This document shows positions 8,732 to 20,696 of a stretch of DNA of 33,870 nucleotides, in pieces. Both the position numbers and the translations under genes were made by a program. The notes beneath the pieces are model-generated. The model worked only from the letters and a program-made list of their open reading frames with translations, was not told where the DNA came from and ran no database searches. Each line of letters begins with the position of its first letter. Within the stretch, counting starts at the first letter, position 1. Origin of the DNA: Octopus sinensis (Eukaryota); the NCBI RefSeq assembly GCF_006345805.1, contig NW_021831913.1, positions 1 to 33,870 on the forward strand, given 5' to 3'.

Positions 8732-8773
<42 letters not shown>

Positions 8774-9093
8774 TGTATGTATGCATGCATATACGTATAT
8801 ATGTATGTATGTGTGTGTGTTTGAGCGTGCGTGTGTGTGTGTGTGTACGCTAATATCGAACGGTCATAATGAGTGCTCAACACCGCATTGGTGGATAAAT
8901 ATTCTTTATTTGTTATTTAATAAGGCAACTAATGTTTTCATGCGAAGTAATCTTCGACCTTCCACATGGAAGTGTTGGAACTTGTATTCATTTTGGATGA
9001 GAGTACGAAATCTTCCATGTTGCACGCTCGAACAATTGTGAGGATCTTTTCACAAGGAACCATTGGTTGCCTTGTTAATCCACAAATAAAGTG

Positions 9094-9119
9094 TGCATGT
9101 GTGTGTGTGTGTGTATGCG

Positions 9120-9193
<74 letters not shown>

Positions 9194-9203
9194 TTGTGTG
9201 TGT
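9094..9203. repeat. (GT)n/(TA)n compound microsatellite
   Basis: Direct reading. Confidence 0.95.
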
Positions 9204-9564
9204 GTGAAGGCGCATGGCTCAGTGGTGAGAGCATCGAGCTTACGATCGTGAGGTTGTGAGCTCGAATCCCGGACAGGGCTGCGTGTTGTGTTCTTGAGCA
9301 AGACACTTTATTTCACGTTGCTCCAGTTCACTCAGCTGTAGAAATGAGTTGCGACGTCATAGGTGCCAAGCTGTATCGGCCCTTGCCTTTCCCTTGGACA
9401 ACATCGGTGACGTGGAGAGGGGAGGCCGGTATGCATGGGCGACTGCTGGTCTTCCATAAAAAAACCAACCTTGCCCAGACGTGTGCCTCAGAGGGTAACT
9501 CTCTAGGTGCAAGCCCATGGTCAGCGTCTAATCGAAGGGGGTCACAACAACAACAGCAACAACA
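9204..9564 (+). mobile_element. SINE family B (family C-type head, different 3' region)
   Basis: GGCGCATGGCTCAGTGG box A, GAGCTCGAATCCC box B, CTTGAGCAAGACACTTT core, (CAA)n tail. Confidence 0.88.
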
Positions 9565-10149
9565 ATATATATATATATTCAAATTTTGTGTTTGAAGCAG
9601 CTTCATAATGTCCCTACATAATGCACATCTATTAATACATGCTACCAAGTTGCGGTATTTCGTGTAAAGGAGAATCTTTTTAAGGCACATAACGTTAAAA
9701 ATCGATTTCTGTCGCTCCAGTTCACTTTTGCAGATAGCAACAGCAATAATCACATATTAGGAGAGATATACTGACTGGAGTTTGTGACAATCTATTGATG
9801 CAGCAATAAGTAGTTTTGCTATCATAACTGGAATCAATTGTGCTATATTCGTGGCGACGGACGTTCTCCGTAATAAATCAGCCGTCTGCAAAGGCCTCTG
9901 CATGCGCCTCTGCATAGGCGCCTGGTGTGGCAAGAATGGAAATGGAAATACATCTCATTCGGCTGCTTTAACATTCAGCAATTACCGCCAATACCGGCTT
10001 TTATAGGACTTAAGAAAATTCTGGAAAATCGAATCAAGTGATTGCTGGTTGTTTAATAGACCGATCACGTGAAACTATTGTGGTTTCCTCGTGATGTCTG
10101 ATCGCGTATCCAGGGATTCTATTACCCACTACGCAAGCGTTTTTGAGGG

Positions 10150-10197
10150 AGCATGTATGAATGTAAGCATGTATGAATGTAAGCATGTATGAATGTA
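10150..10197. repeat. Three perfect copies of the 16-mer AGCATGTATGAATGTA
   Basis: Direct reading. Confidence 0.95.
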
Positions 10198-10899
10198 TTT
10201 ATTTATGTATGAATGTATATATGCATGTATGGTGTGCATGTATGTGTGTATGGTATGTATGCATTCATGTATTCATATATATACTTGTATAGAAGACCTT
10301 TAACAGCATATTAAATACCATATAAGTTAAATTCTCGAATATGTTTATATTATTTCTGTTTCCAGAGATAATAGAGCATGTCTTTGTTGACAATAGGGCG
10401 CAGCCACGTGTGAGAAAGGACAATATACGCAGGGCGCAAGAGTTCTTGACATTTGACTTAACACTAAAGACTACCTGCCCCGGGACAAGAGATCCGCCGC
10501 GGCCACCAGTACAGTTGTGGTTCTGTCGAAACGCTCCCAGGTTGAGATACTTAGATACATACGAAAAGACAAAATGACTACTTTTCGTCTTATTCTTCTT
10601 TGCTGTTCGAATATATGCCATTCACCTCACAGTTATTTCGCTTTGCTCATTTACATTTCAATTTTATATATGTGTGTATATGTGTGTATGTATGTATGAG
10701 TGTGTGTGTGTGCATGGGCATGTGCGTGCGTGTATGCGTGTGTTTTTGTCTTCGATTGGAGGCACATCAAAGGATATCAAAGATTGTGGTGAGGCTTCAT
10801 TGTCACAGAACCTGAGCTTATCCAGGCTTCCGATGCGTATAAGCGACAGAGTGTGCTTTGCTGGACATGATACTTGTCCACAGGAAGGTTACTATTCTC

Positions 10900-11035
10900 C
10901 AAGTTCTGCTATCCTAGTTCTTATTTTCAGCTGCGGGCACTGAAGTCCGAGGGACTATGGTCAAAGTCACAGAACGGTGCTCGAGACACGAATCGAGCTT
11001 GTGACCATACGCTCATGAGACCAACATCTTAAACA
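10900..11035 (-). mobile_element. Degenerate SINE head (family B/C-like)
   Basis: TTCAGCTG...GAATCGAGCTTGTGACCATACGCTCATGAG resembles the minus-strand heads at 14400-14490 and 20950-21078. Confidence 0.45.
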
Positions 11036-11084
11036 CAGTCTCCCCGCCTTCACGCACGCAAACATTCTTCACACACATGTAAGA

Positions 11085-11371
11085 GTGTATGTGTGTATGT
11101 ATGCATCTATGTGTATATATATGTGTGTGTGTGTGTGTTTGTATGATTGTGTGTATGTATGTATCTACGTGTGTTTGTAAGTGTGTGTGTGCGTGTGCGG
11201 TGTGTGTGTTTGTTTGATTGTGTGTATGTACGTATCTATGTGTGCTTGTAAGTGTGTGTGTGTGTGTGTGTGGTGTGTAAGGTGTGTGTGTGTGTCTGTC
11301 TGTCTGTGAGTATATGTGACTTTGTATCTGTGTGTGTGTGTCTGCATGCGTATGTGTATTTGTATACATAG

Positions 11372-11418
<47 letters not shown>

Positions 11419-11445
11419 GTGTGCGTGTGTGTGTGTTTATGTGTG
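11085..11445. repeat. GT-rich simple repeat with an internal ~70-bp duplication
   Basis: 11131-11190 is nearly identical to 11201-11260. Confidence 0.9.
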
Positions 11446-11964
11446 TCTCACAGCTGAAATAATCTTGGTAATTACTCTGTCCTTTCCCTTTGCCAACCTC
11501 GGATCAGTTTTCAGTTTTCAAAGACCGCTGATATCCCCAGCCCACCCCATCGGCATCCCTCTAACCTCCGCCCTCAACGACTCCGCCGCAAGCCAATCAA
11601 CCATCTACTTCTTACCAATTCATGTTGCTAAGCGATGGAATTATGACAAGGAAGAATTGGGCTCTTTGAAAAAGACAATGGTAAATTCAATTCCTCGCTT
11701 GTGATTTCGGGAAGGCTTTGATGTGACGTCGTTAATGGAGGAGTATGATGTAAATACAGCTGCGCTTTTGATGGTAAATGTCCCGTATGGCATCTGGCGG
11801 TGCTCGGAAAGGGGTAGAGTTGCACTTCAATGTGGGAAATTCACACAGAGCTCAAACAAATAAAACCAACACACTCCCCAATCACCAACGAAACAGCTAC
11901 TTGATCGCTTGACCTGTTTGGTAGAAATAGCAACTAAATTTCCTTAATCCGACCGTCTTCAAGC

Positions 11965-11969
11965 AGGGC

Positions 11970-12008
<39 letters not shown>

Positions 12009-12115
12009 ACAGAGAAAGGTGAGAGAAACAGAGAGAGGAGAGGGAAACAGAGAAAGGAGAGAGAAACAGAGAGAGGAGAGGGGAACAGAGAAAGGAGAGA
12101 GAGTAAGAGAGGGGG
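11965..12115. repeat. GA-rich degenerate repeat (GAGAAACAGAGA units)
   Basis: Direct reading. Confidence 0.9.
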
Positions 12116-12526
12116 ATTATGAGGATGCATTCGATTATTTTGTATTGGACGGCAGAGTTTGTGGAGGGTGAGATAAGATGCTCTGCAGTATTTGCTCTTT
12201 CACTCTGCCGTGGTGAACTTAGCCCTTCATCCTTTAAGTACCAATAAATAATAGTTGAGAGTTTGGATAGAATTGGTCGAATTGTTAAGGCTGTGTCCCT
12301 GGTGGTGTCTTTTAAGGGACTTCATAGCTTGACAGCTGTGTCTGTCTCGGCACTGGTGTCAGGCAATATTCGCTCTCTTGAAACAATATTTGGCGATGTG
12401 GAGAAGAGTGAACTGAAGGTAGAGCCAACTACTTGTCTCCCATGAAGAGAAATGTTGCCCAAGCCCAAACCTTAAGAGGAATTCACCTCCGCTGGAGGTC
12501 CCCAAGCACATGGTGCATACAAGAGT

Positions 12527-12527
12527 C

Positions 12528-12582
<55 letters not shown>

Positions 12583-12683
12583 GATAGAAAGAGAGAGAGA
12601 GCGAGAGCGGGAGAGAAAGAGAGAGAGTGACAGGCAGAAAGAGAGGAGGAGAGAGAGATAAATACATATATATGCATATATAT

Positions 12684-12748
<65 letters not shown>

Positions 12749-12854
12749 TAATATATATATATATATATATATTGATAAAAACGGTAAGGTAACAAAAGAA
12801 AGAGACCTCGATACCAAATAATTGTCACATATTATATTTACATATATATTTATA

Positions 12855-12905
<51 letters not shown>

Positions 12906-12916
12906 GTATATATATA

Positions 12917-12956
<40 letters not shown>

Positions 12957-12969
12957 CATATATATATAT

Positions 12970-13028
<59 letters not shown>

Positions 13029-13117
13029 GATACATACATACATACATACATGCATACATACATACATACATACATACATACATACATACATACATACATA
13101 CATACATACATACATAA
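12527..13117. repeat. Compound (TA)n/(GA)n/(GATA)n/(TACA)n array with a ~55-bp unique insert
   Basis: Direct reading; the insert is at about 12773-12828. Confidence 0.95.
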
Positions 13118-13143
13118 ACAGTTGCATACATATATCTTATGAC

Positions 13144-13400
13144 CATCATGCTCATCATCTAACATCCGTTTTCTATGCTGGCATGGGCTGGGCAGTTTGC
13201 CGGGAGATAATAAGGCCGGAGGCCGCACTACGCTCCATTGTTTGTTTGGCACGGTTTCTATGGTTGGAAGCTCTTTCTGACGCCAAAACACTTTACAGAA
13301 TATAGGGGCTGCTTTTTACGTGGCACTAGCACCGGCGCCTTTTACGTGGTACTAGCAGTGAGAAGGTTCACCTGGAAACTTACAAGACAAAACCTCCGTC
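13144..13400 (-). mobile_element. Probable RTE-clade LINE or SINE 3' end
   Basis: (CAT)n tail on plus followed by CCGTTTTCTATGCTGGCATGGG and TGGAAGCTCTTTCT, a degenerate match to the recalled RTE 3' motif TGGATGCCCTTCCT. Internal duplication of TTTTACGTGG.ACTAGCA. Confidence 0.55.
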
Positions 13401-14183
13401 AGCTGGGAGGATGAGTAGTAGTGAGAAGGGGGGTGGCTTTGTGCCAGTTGCTGAGAGATTAGATGTTGAGAACAGGTACATGAATACTCCAGAAAGGAAG
13501 GTAAGACAAAGAGTAAGATAAAGTGAGCGGGTGGTTCAGTGGGTAAGAGCGGGTACTCTTTGTCTGAAAAATAAATGGCAGGAATGACTTAACAGGAATG
13601 CTTTTAAAGAAGATCGACCAAGACAACAACACCAACACCAACACCAACAAACATCCTACTTTATCGGATTCAATATGAAGTTATCATCTTCCTTTCATCT
13701 TTATTTCTCGACTTAACTTTCTAATTTATCTGACTATCGACCTCACCTTTAGACATGAAAGTTGTTTGAATATATTTACATCTACACGACTAATTAGAAA
13801 GGAATCATCTCAGACATTGAACTGCTTTTATATTTTATTTGCCAGCGATGTGTAAGAGAAGACGTTATATGATTCAATTATCTCATAGCATATGTTATCG
13901 ACCAGGAGACAGTTGCGAACCGAGGTCAAGGTAAAGAGATGAAACTTCAATACGGGAAAGTATCGTCTCCTTCACCCTATACCTTCTGACACTTCACTTG
14001 TCTAATGATTTATCGTTAACTAGTTCGATTCCGCACAACTTTCACACCTCCTCTCACTTATAATATCTTCTATATTCAAACCTAAAAAGAAATAATTTAT
14101 CTTTTACACTACAACATCTAACCCACTGGAGCTAAATGAAGAACTTCCAGGTAATTAACAGACATTATTGTTAAGAGCTGACT

Positions 14184-14490
14184 GGCCCTCCGTCGCCTAC
14201 AACGACGAGTGTTCCAGTTGATCCGATCAACAGAACGGCCTGCTCGTAAAATTAATGCACATGTGACTAAAGAACTCCACGGACATGCGTACCCTCAACG
14301 TAGTTCTCGGTGAAATTCAGCGTCAAACAGAATGTGATAAGGCTGGACCTTTGAAAAAACAGGTCCTCTTCATCTTTGCCAGCGGGAAATAAAGCGTCTT
14401 GCTCAAGAGCACAACACACCTCCGTCTATCGAACTGACGACCTTACGATCGCGAGCCAGATACACGAACCACTAAGCCACGCACTTTCAC
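14184..14490 (-). mobile_element. SINE family C
   Basis: Reverse complement is homologous to 5515-5827. Confidence 0.85.
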
Positions 14491-15336
14491 AACTTTCAGA
14501 ACAAGAAACAAACAGAACCACGTTTTTAAATTCAAGGATTTGCAGCCGTCCATGGCCCAACAGAAATAAAACAACAACAACAACAACATAGTCATTACAA
14601 ACACACGCACACGCACACAAATACACATACACACTTACCATGAACTTAAACAGTTTATGGCTGCTAATTTGAACATGTATTCAAATACTCAGTTCTCGGC
14701 CACGCGTCTATTAATAGCTGAGGAGATGTATTCTAGCCATTTCTATCTATTATCTTTTGCAAGGTTCTATTAAACCAATCCAGTCCAGCCCAGCCCAGCC
14801 CCAACGATCTTCAACAACGCCGTCTCCACCGACACCGCTAAAAATGACAACAACAACAACAACAACAATACCTGGCCAAGTCGCCAGAATGGACCGAAGT
14901 GCGAGCCTTTACGTGGTCACTCAACCAGTTAGTAACAGTATCTAAATTACACAATATTGTCTTTGAAAGGAAGGACACATTGGATATGCAATGTGTAAAG
15001 AATAGGAAAGACGTAGACGCTGTTCCAGCCATGACCATACTGTCGACTTAAGTAGGCTGATGTAGAATGGGACATTTAAATCTACAACCCCTTCTAGCAA
15101 AATACTCCAACTTCCCCTGCCCCCACCTCACCGTCCACGTGACCATCAAAATCTGTTACCAAGGCAACAAACAACCTTTGTTAAATATCAATATGAATTC
15201 TCTCAAAACAACAGCAGAAACTCTAGCTGCTAGAAATAGTAGATAAATGTCTCTCAGTTACCTCTATACTTTCGTAAAGCAATTTCACTGAACACTCTGG
15301 TCGTAGCAGTCGTAAAAGCAGTGTGGCAGCTTTAAT

Positions 15337-15370
<34 letters not shown>
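15337..15370. repeat. (GCA)n trinucleotide repeat
   Basis: Direct reading. Confidence 0.95.
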
Positions 15371-15453
15371 CCAGGTGTATGCACTGAAATGACGGAATTT
15401 TGAAGTTTCTCTCCCTAAATAACAAGACAAGACGATCATAGCTGGGATGTCTT

Positions 15454-15528
15454 TCAGGACGTAACGGCAGACGAAATACGGCTACGCTTTTCGCCCGGTG
15501 TGCTAACGTTTCTGCCAGCTCGCCGCCT
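15454..15528 (-). mobile_element. SINE family E, 5' head only
   Basis: Reverse complement AGGCGGCGAGCTGGCAGAAACGTTAGCACACCGGGCGAAA matches the 19366 head. Confidence 0.8.
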
Positions 15529-16409
15529 TTAATATCAGCTCAGCTCAGACACCGCAAGCAGTGGCCCTTCATCATTACGGATGCTACCACAGCCACCAGC
15601 AACTGCGCCATCACCTGCAACACCATCATCACCAAAACTGCTTTGTCTTTTCCTTCTTCCCCTGAGTTTTGCTGGTTTCGAATCGTCATCGATTCTTGTG
15701 CAATTTTTTTTTTTGGTCTGTAGGGGTGTTCGCCCTACACAAACCCATTTTTATCTTTGGGAAGAAGCAGTCCATATTAATCTGGGCTCTATCCTTTGAT
15801 CTCTCCAGCATGGAAGGCTCTCCCAGGCCCTTCCACTCCCCTGGCATACCTCTCAAGGTCATCCAGGCACACCAAACTGCAACAAGGACTGGACATTGTG
15901 CTGACCAATCTGATCTTATCTATTACCGAGGCGCTTGGACGATGATGCATGAAACAGCTTTGTATCAAAACTGTGGTTCGCGGGACTTTCTTCATGGTAC
16001 ACCTAGCGGAAAATTACCTTTAATTTTACTTAGCCTTGAGGTTCGCCTGATAATGAGTCACATCCCATGCGGCCATACTTTCTTTTCGTCATTGCTCTGC
16101 CTCGTCAGTGCTGACCTGCAGGTAACAATAACAGCATCGTCATCACTATTACCAACACTGTTACCACCAACACCTACACCACCATCACGACCGCCATCAC
16201 CACCACCCTCACCACCATCATCTCTACTACCCCACCACCACTACGGCCCTGCGCTGTAGTCACTGCACCGCAATGTCACACCTGCTTGCGTGGTTGTCTG
16301 TCTTGTTAGAGACATCCACGGGGAAACATTTGCAGATTTTTAATTGAAAAACAACAAAGAGAAACTGAGAAAGGATAGACACAAAAGGCGGACGGGGAAA
16401 AAGGGATCA

Positions 16410-16680
16410 CCACCACAACAACAACAACAATGATAATGACAGTAACAAGAACAACGACAGCAGCAACAACTACAACCAACTACAATAACATCAAATGCGT
16501 TCAACAAGCAGCGTCGTCAGCAGAAGGAATCGTAGCAGCAACCCCAACAGCAATGGCACCGTTTTCAGGAGTAACAACAGCCGCAGCAACAGCAGCAACA
16601 GCAGCAACAGCTATAGTAATAATTGCAGTGGCAGCAGCAGTAGTAACAACAGTAATAATATCAGTAATAACTGCTTCAGA
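16410..16680. repeat. Cryptic trinucleotide (AAC/AGC/AAT) low-complexity tract
   Basis: Direct reading; it explains the overlapping low-complexity ORFs. Confidence 0.85.
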
Positions 16681-16810
16681 AATTACACCATTAACAAGCC
16701 GAACACTTAAAGAGGCCATGGATAAGTAATACACACACACACACACATACACACACACACACACACTCCTGTTACTCTCACTCTAACATTCTCTTCTGAA
16801 TAAACGAATC

Positions 16811-16990
16811 TACATTTTTTGTTACATTATTTACATCTGACGGATATTTGTTCTCATCTTGTTTGTTGTTACCACAACGTTTCGGCTGATATACCCTCCA
16901 GCCTTCATCAGGTGTCTTGGGGAAATTTTGAACCAGAGTTCTCTTTTTCCTTTCTCAGGGCGGCAGGATGTAATTCAGTGGAGATTTTGC
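16811..16990 (-). mobile_element. Penelope-like pLTR-type fragment containing a minimal HHR
   Basis: Contains CTGATGAAGGCTG...CAGCCGAAACGTT, the typical PLE minimal-HHR signature. Boundaries are approximate. Confidence 0.6.
16873..16914 (-). ncRNA. Minimal type-I hammerhead ribozyme motif (dimer type)
   Basis: CAC-CUGAUGA-A-GGCUG(10-nt loop)CAGCC-GAAA, 4-nt palindrome ACGU, GUU triplet, then GUG. Confidence 0.65.
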
Positions 16991-17050
16991 TGTTATTTCT
17001 AGTACATTGAAGGACTGTGTAGAAGGTCATTTGGTTCAAATTCTGAAGTA

Positions 17051-17435
17051 AATCAAAATCAAATATTAACTCATTGCGATTTGAACTCGGAGCTAGTTCA
17101 TCGCATCTTGGTTTAAGCAACACAGCCACCCTGGCTACATGACAAATAACACCAATTTCCCGCTTATGTGAAGATCAGTTCACATTGTAGTGAGGCAACT
17201 TTTTTATATTGACCCCAGTACTTTACTGGTACTTATTTTGTAGATCTCAGTGAATCAAAATCAAATATTAACTCAGTGCGATTTGAACTCGGAGCTAGTT
17301 CATCGCATCTTGGTTTCAGCAACACAACCACCCTGGCTACATGACAAATGACATATGAAATTCTGTTCACATTGTAGTTAGGCAACCTTTACATTGACAC
17401 CAGTACTTTACTGGTATTTATTTTGTTGATCTCAG
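17051..17435. repeat. Tandem direct duplication (units 202 and 183 bp)
   Basis: 17051-17252 and 17253-17435 are nearly identical apart from one internal indel region; they contain SINE E-like fragments. Confidence 0.92.
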
Positions 17436-18587
17436 AAGGCCAAAAGACTAACTCGACGTTGGCGTAATTCGAATTCAGAACATAAAGTAATATAAATGTC
17501 CGGTCATTTGTCGCGCAGAACTCCTGGAATAAATTTATTCATTTGCCATTTATATGAAGTGTTTTCTCTGCTTGTAGACGCGTGCAGACAACCTGAACAA
17601 ATACCACAAGACATTCTATGTAATGTTGAACCAATTCAGCCAGTCTGCACTCTTGTCTTAATTGGTGTCAAAAAAAAACGAAAAGAAGGCCGAGTCATAA
17701 GTATTCAACTCAATGTAAGTCGTTGGTGAAGTTTGAAGTCAGAATGTAGAAGGAAAAAGCTAAATAGTGATTATGTGTTGCGTTTATGACATAACTGGAA
17801 TTTACCGTCAATAGGAACAGAAAACTTTGAGGTAATATCGATAATAGTATTTAAGAAAAAAAGAGAGAAAAACAGCTCTAACGATAATAATAGCCAACTA
17901 AAGCAGCGGCTGCAACATCGATAAAGCTAAATGCAGCAACTCTGACAAGAAGCACATTGCAACAACATTATTAACATCAACAACAATCAACAACAATCAT
18001 ATCAGACGCATAAATAACAACAGCAATACTTCGAGCCAAATCAAAAATCGATAAGGACTACGAGAACAGCAGTAGGTCTGTCAATGTATGTTCCTTCACT
18101 CGTCGCCTTTAGGCATCAATTTACATCCATATATATTGAAGCATGGAAATATCAAAACCGTTACAAGTATACACTAGACTGTATTATAAATTGACACTGT
18201 AGCACACTGCGCCACAACATGGAAGTAATTGGTTATTGCTGAGAAAGAGGAATATTCGCACCGAGCGCTGGAGGCTTGTGCATGATGAATTTAATATCGA
18301 ACCAACTGTTTAGCACACGGAACATGACAAATATGAAATACGCAATCACCATCAGAAGCAAAAGAATGGATCGAAAATTTGTGAGATAATTGATGAAGTT
18401 GAAGCTTTTAATGTTTCAGATTTGAATGTTAGGTGGACTAAGCCATTGGCGGACAGACTGTTCTGCACGACTTGAACACTAGCTCTAGACTTGAACTCGC
18501 AACTAAATAATCCAATGTGATACCTAACCAGTATGTCTGCACAATTACGTTGTAACCCCAACACACACACACACATGTAGAGTAGAA

Positions 18588-18967
18588 GCACTCCGTCGGT
18601 TACGATGATGAGGGTTCCGGTTGATCCGAATCAGCGGAACAGCCTGCTCGTGAAATTAACGTGTAAGTGGCTGAGCACTCCACAGACACGTGTACCCTTA
18701 ACACAGTTCTCGGGGATATTCAGCGTGACACAGAGAGTGACAAAGCCGGCCCTTTGAAATACAGGTACAACAGAAACAGGAAGTAAGAGTGAGAGAAAGT
18801 TGTGGTGAAAGAGTACAGCAGGGATCACCACCATCCCCTGCCGGAGCCTCGTGGAGCTTTAGGTGTTTTCGCTCAATAAACACTCAAAACGCCCGGTCTG
18901 GGAATCGAAACCGCGATCCTATGACCGCGAGTCCGCTGCCCTAACCACTGGGCCATTGCGCCTCCAC
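18588..18967 (-). mobile_element. SINE with a family D-type 5' half and a family C-type 3' half
   Basis: 18790-18967 aligns to 4770-4946; 18588-18770 aligns to 14184-14365 and 20762-20935. Confidence 0.88.
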
Positions 18968-19365
18968 ACACACACACACACACACATACACATACACATG
19001 TACATAACAGGTTAAATTATTCGTAACATTGTAATTGTCTTACCCTGTTTAATCAATATTTTAAATATTGTATTTGTAATTTATATGTATTTTATTACAA
19101 AAATATTTATACTGTGGTCTTACCCTCATTAAAGGCCTTGTACGTCATTTTGGTTGATGTAATATAATAATTGCTGGTGGCGACCCTGTTCCTTCGTTAC
19201 CTTTCTTTTCGGACACTTTTCGAACACTGGACAAATAACAAATTCGAACATATAACGAAAACCAAGTTGTAAAAAAAAGCCAGATATTCTGAAAGAATTT
19301 ACAGTTCCCACCTGAGGTTCGTTTAGATAGAAAACATTTTGGTGTTTAATATGAAGAAAAAAAGG

Positions 19366-19580
19366 AGGCAGCAAGTTGGCAGAATCGTTAGCACGCCGGG
19401 AAAAATGCTTAGCGGCATTTCGTCCGTCTTTACGTTCTGAGTTCAAATTCTGCTGAGGTCGACTTTGCCTTTTCTCCTTTCGTGGTTGAAAAAATAAGTA
19501 CCAGTTTAGCACTGGGGGCGATGTAATCGACTTAGCCTCTCCCCCAGAATTGTTGGCCTTTTTTGTCAAAATTTGAAACC
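19366..19580 (+). mobile_element. SINE family E
   Basis: GTTGGCAGAATCGTTAG box A, GAGTTCAAATTC box B, AAGTACCAGT core, AAATTTGAAACC end. Confidence 0.88.
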
Positions 19581-20240
19581 AATATAAAGAAAGAAATTTT
19601 GTGCCGGTTATTCATATTTGCTACATTATTTTAACTCGTGTATAAAAGTAAATTTCGTTGAAGAATTACAAGAATCCCCAAAGTTGAGTCTGGCAGCAGT
19701 GAGACTTTGAGAAGCCAACATTTATAATGCATTTATTCATTAATGAATTCTAGAACGACAATCAAAAGCTAATTAAACCATTCGAACATTGGAAAGGTTT
19801 TTTTACGCTGGAAGTCTGCCTTCATAGGCATACACCATACAGGTTGATGTACGGGTATGACGTGGATAAGTATGGGTTCGGTTCCCGCGGGTTCCTCAAA
19901 GTTTTATCTTCGCAAACCAAGAATTATTTATTTAGTGGAAATATCGAATTTAAATAAAGTCCTACAAGCCAACCTCTCCGAAGTCAAAATAGAAATAGCA
20001 GCTACACGTCTTTTAAATCACGTCCTCTGTTCTTAAACACTGGAAGTACACTACTGCAAAGTATTCCTAATCTGGCCATATCAAGAAGCCAGGAAAAAAC
20101 AGATGGAATGTCGTTAGTATAATACTTTTAGACATCTATGTCCTGGATATAGGCTGACCTGGGGTTAAATAGCATAGCACCTGAGTTCCTTTAAATAATA
20201 GCAAGTAAAATTCGTTTGAGACATCACAACTTCCACTTCA

Positions 20241-20398
20241 GGCGCAGGAGTAGCTGTGTGGTAAGCATGTTTACCAACCACATGGTTCCGGGTTCAGTCC
20301 CACTGCATGGCAACTTGGGCAAGTGTCTTCTACTATAACCTCGGGCCGACAAAGCCTTGTGAGTGAATTTGGTAGACGGAAACTGAAAGAAACCCATC

Positions 20399-20442
<44 letters not shown>

Positions 20443-20696
20443 TATATATATATAATATATATATATATATGCGTGTGTGTGTGTTTGTGCGTCTGTGTTT
20501 GTCCCCCTAGCATTGCTTGACAACCGATGCTGGTGTGTTTATGTCCCCGTTACTTTGCGGTTTGGCAAAAGAAACCGATAGAATAAGTACTGGGCTTACA
20601 AAAGAATAAGTTTCGGGGTCGAGTTGCTCGATTAAAGGCGGTGCTCCAGCATGGCCGCAGTCAAATGACTGAAACAAGTAAAAGAGTAAAAGAGTA
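20241..20696 (+). mobile_element. SINE family A (full length, expanded internal TA)
   Basis: Homologous to 51-468. Confidence 0.92.

Noticed and set aside
10150-10197. 16-bp repeats or the 200-bp duplication as CRISPR-like arrays
   Set aside because: There are no spacers, the context is eukaryotic, and these are simple tandem repeats.
11628-11825. EITSEELNL motif reminiscent of the LINE pre-RT region
   Set aside because: Only a few residues match and there is no downstream RT motif.
16070-16110. CTGACGA...GAAA on the minus strand
   Set aside because: Stem II is mismatched, there is no stem III and stem I is only 2 bp; probably chance.
15669-16259. 196-aa ORF or possible LINE relic at 15780-16120
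   Set aside because: No recognisable domain, the C-terminus is CCA/CAC repeat, and the RTE-like resemblance on the minus strand is too weak to call.
16430-16729. Thr/Ala-rich and Ser/Asn-rich overlapping ORFs
   Set aside because: Stop-free because of trinucleotide low complexity, and open in several frames on both strands.
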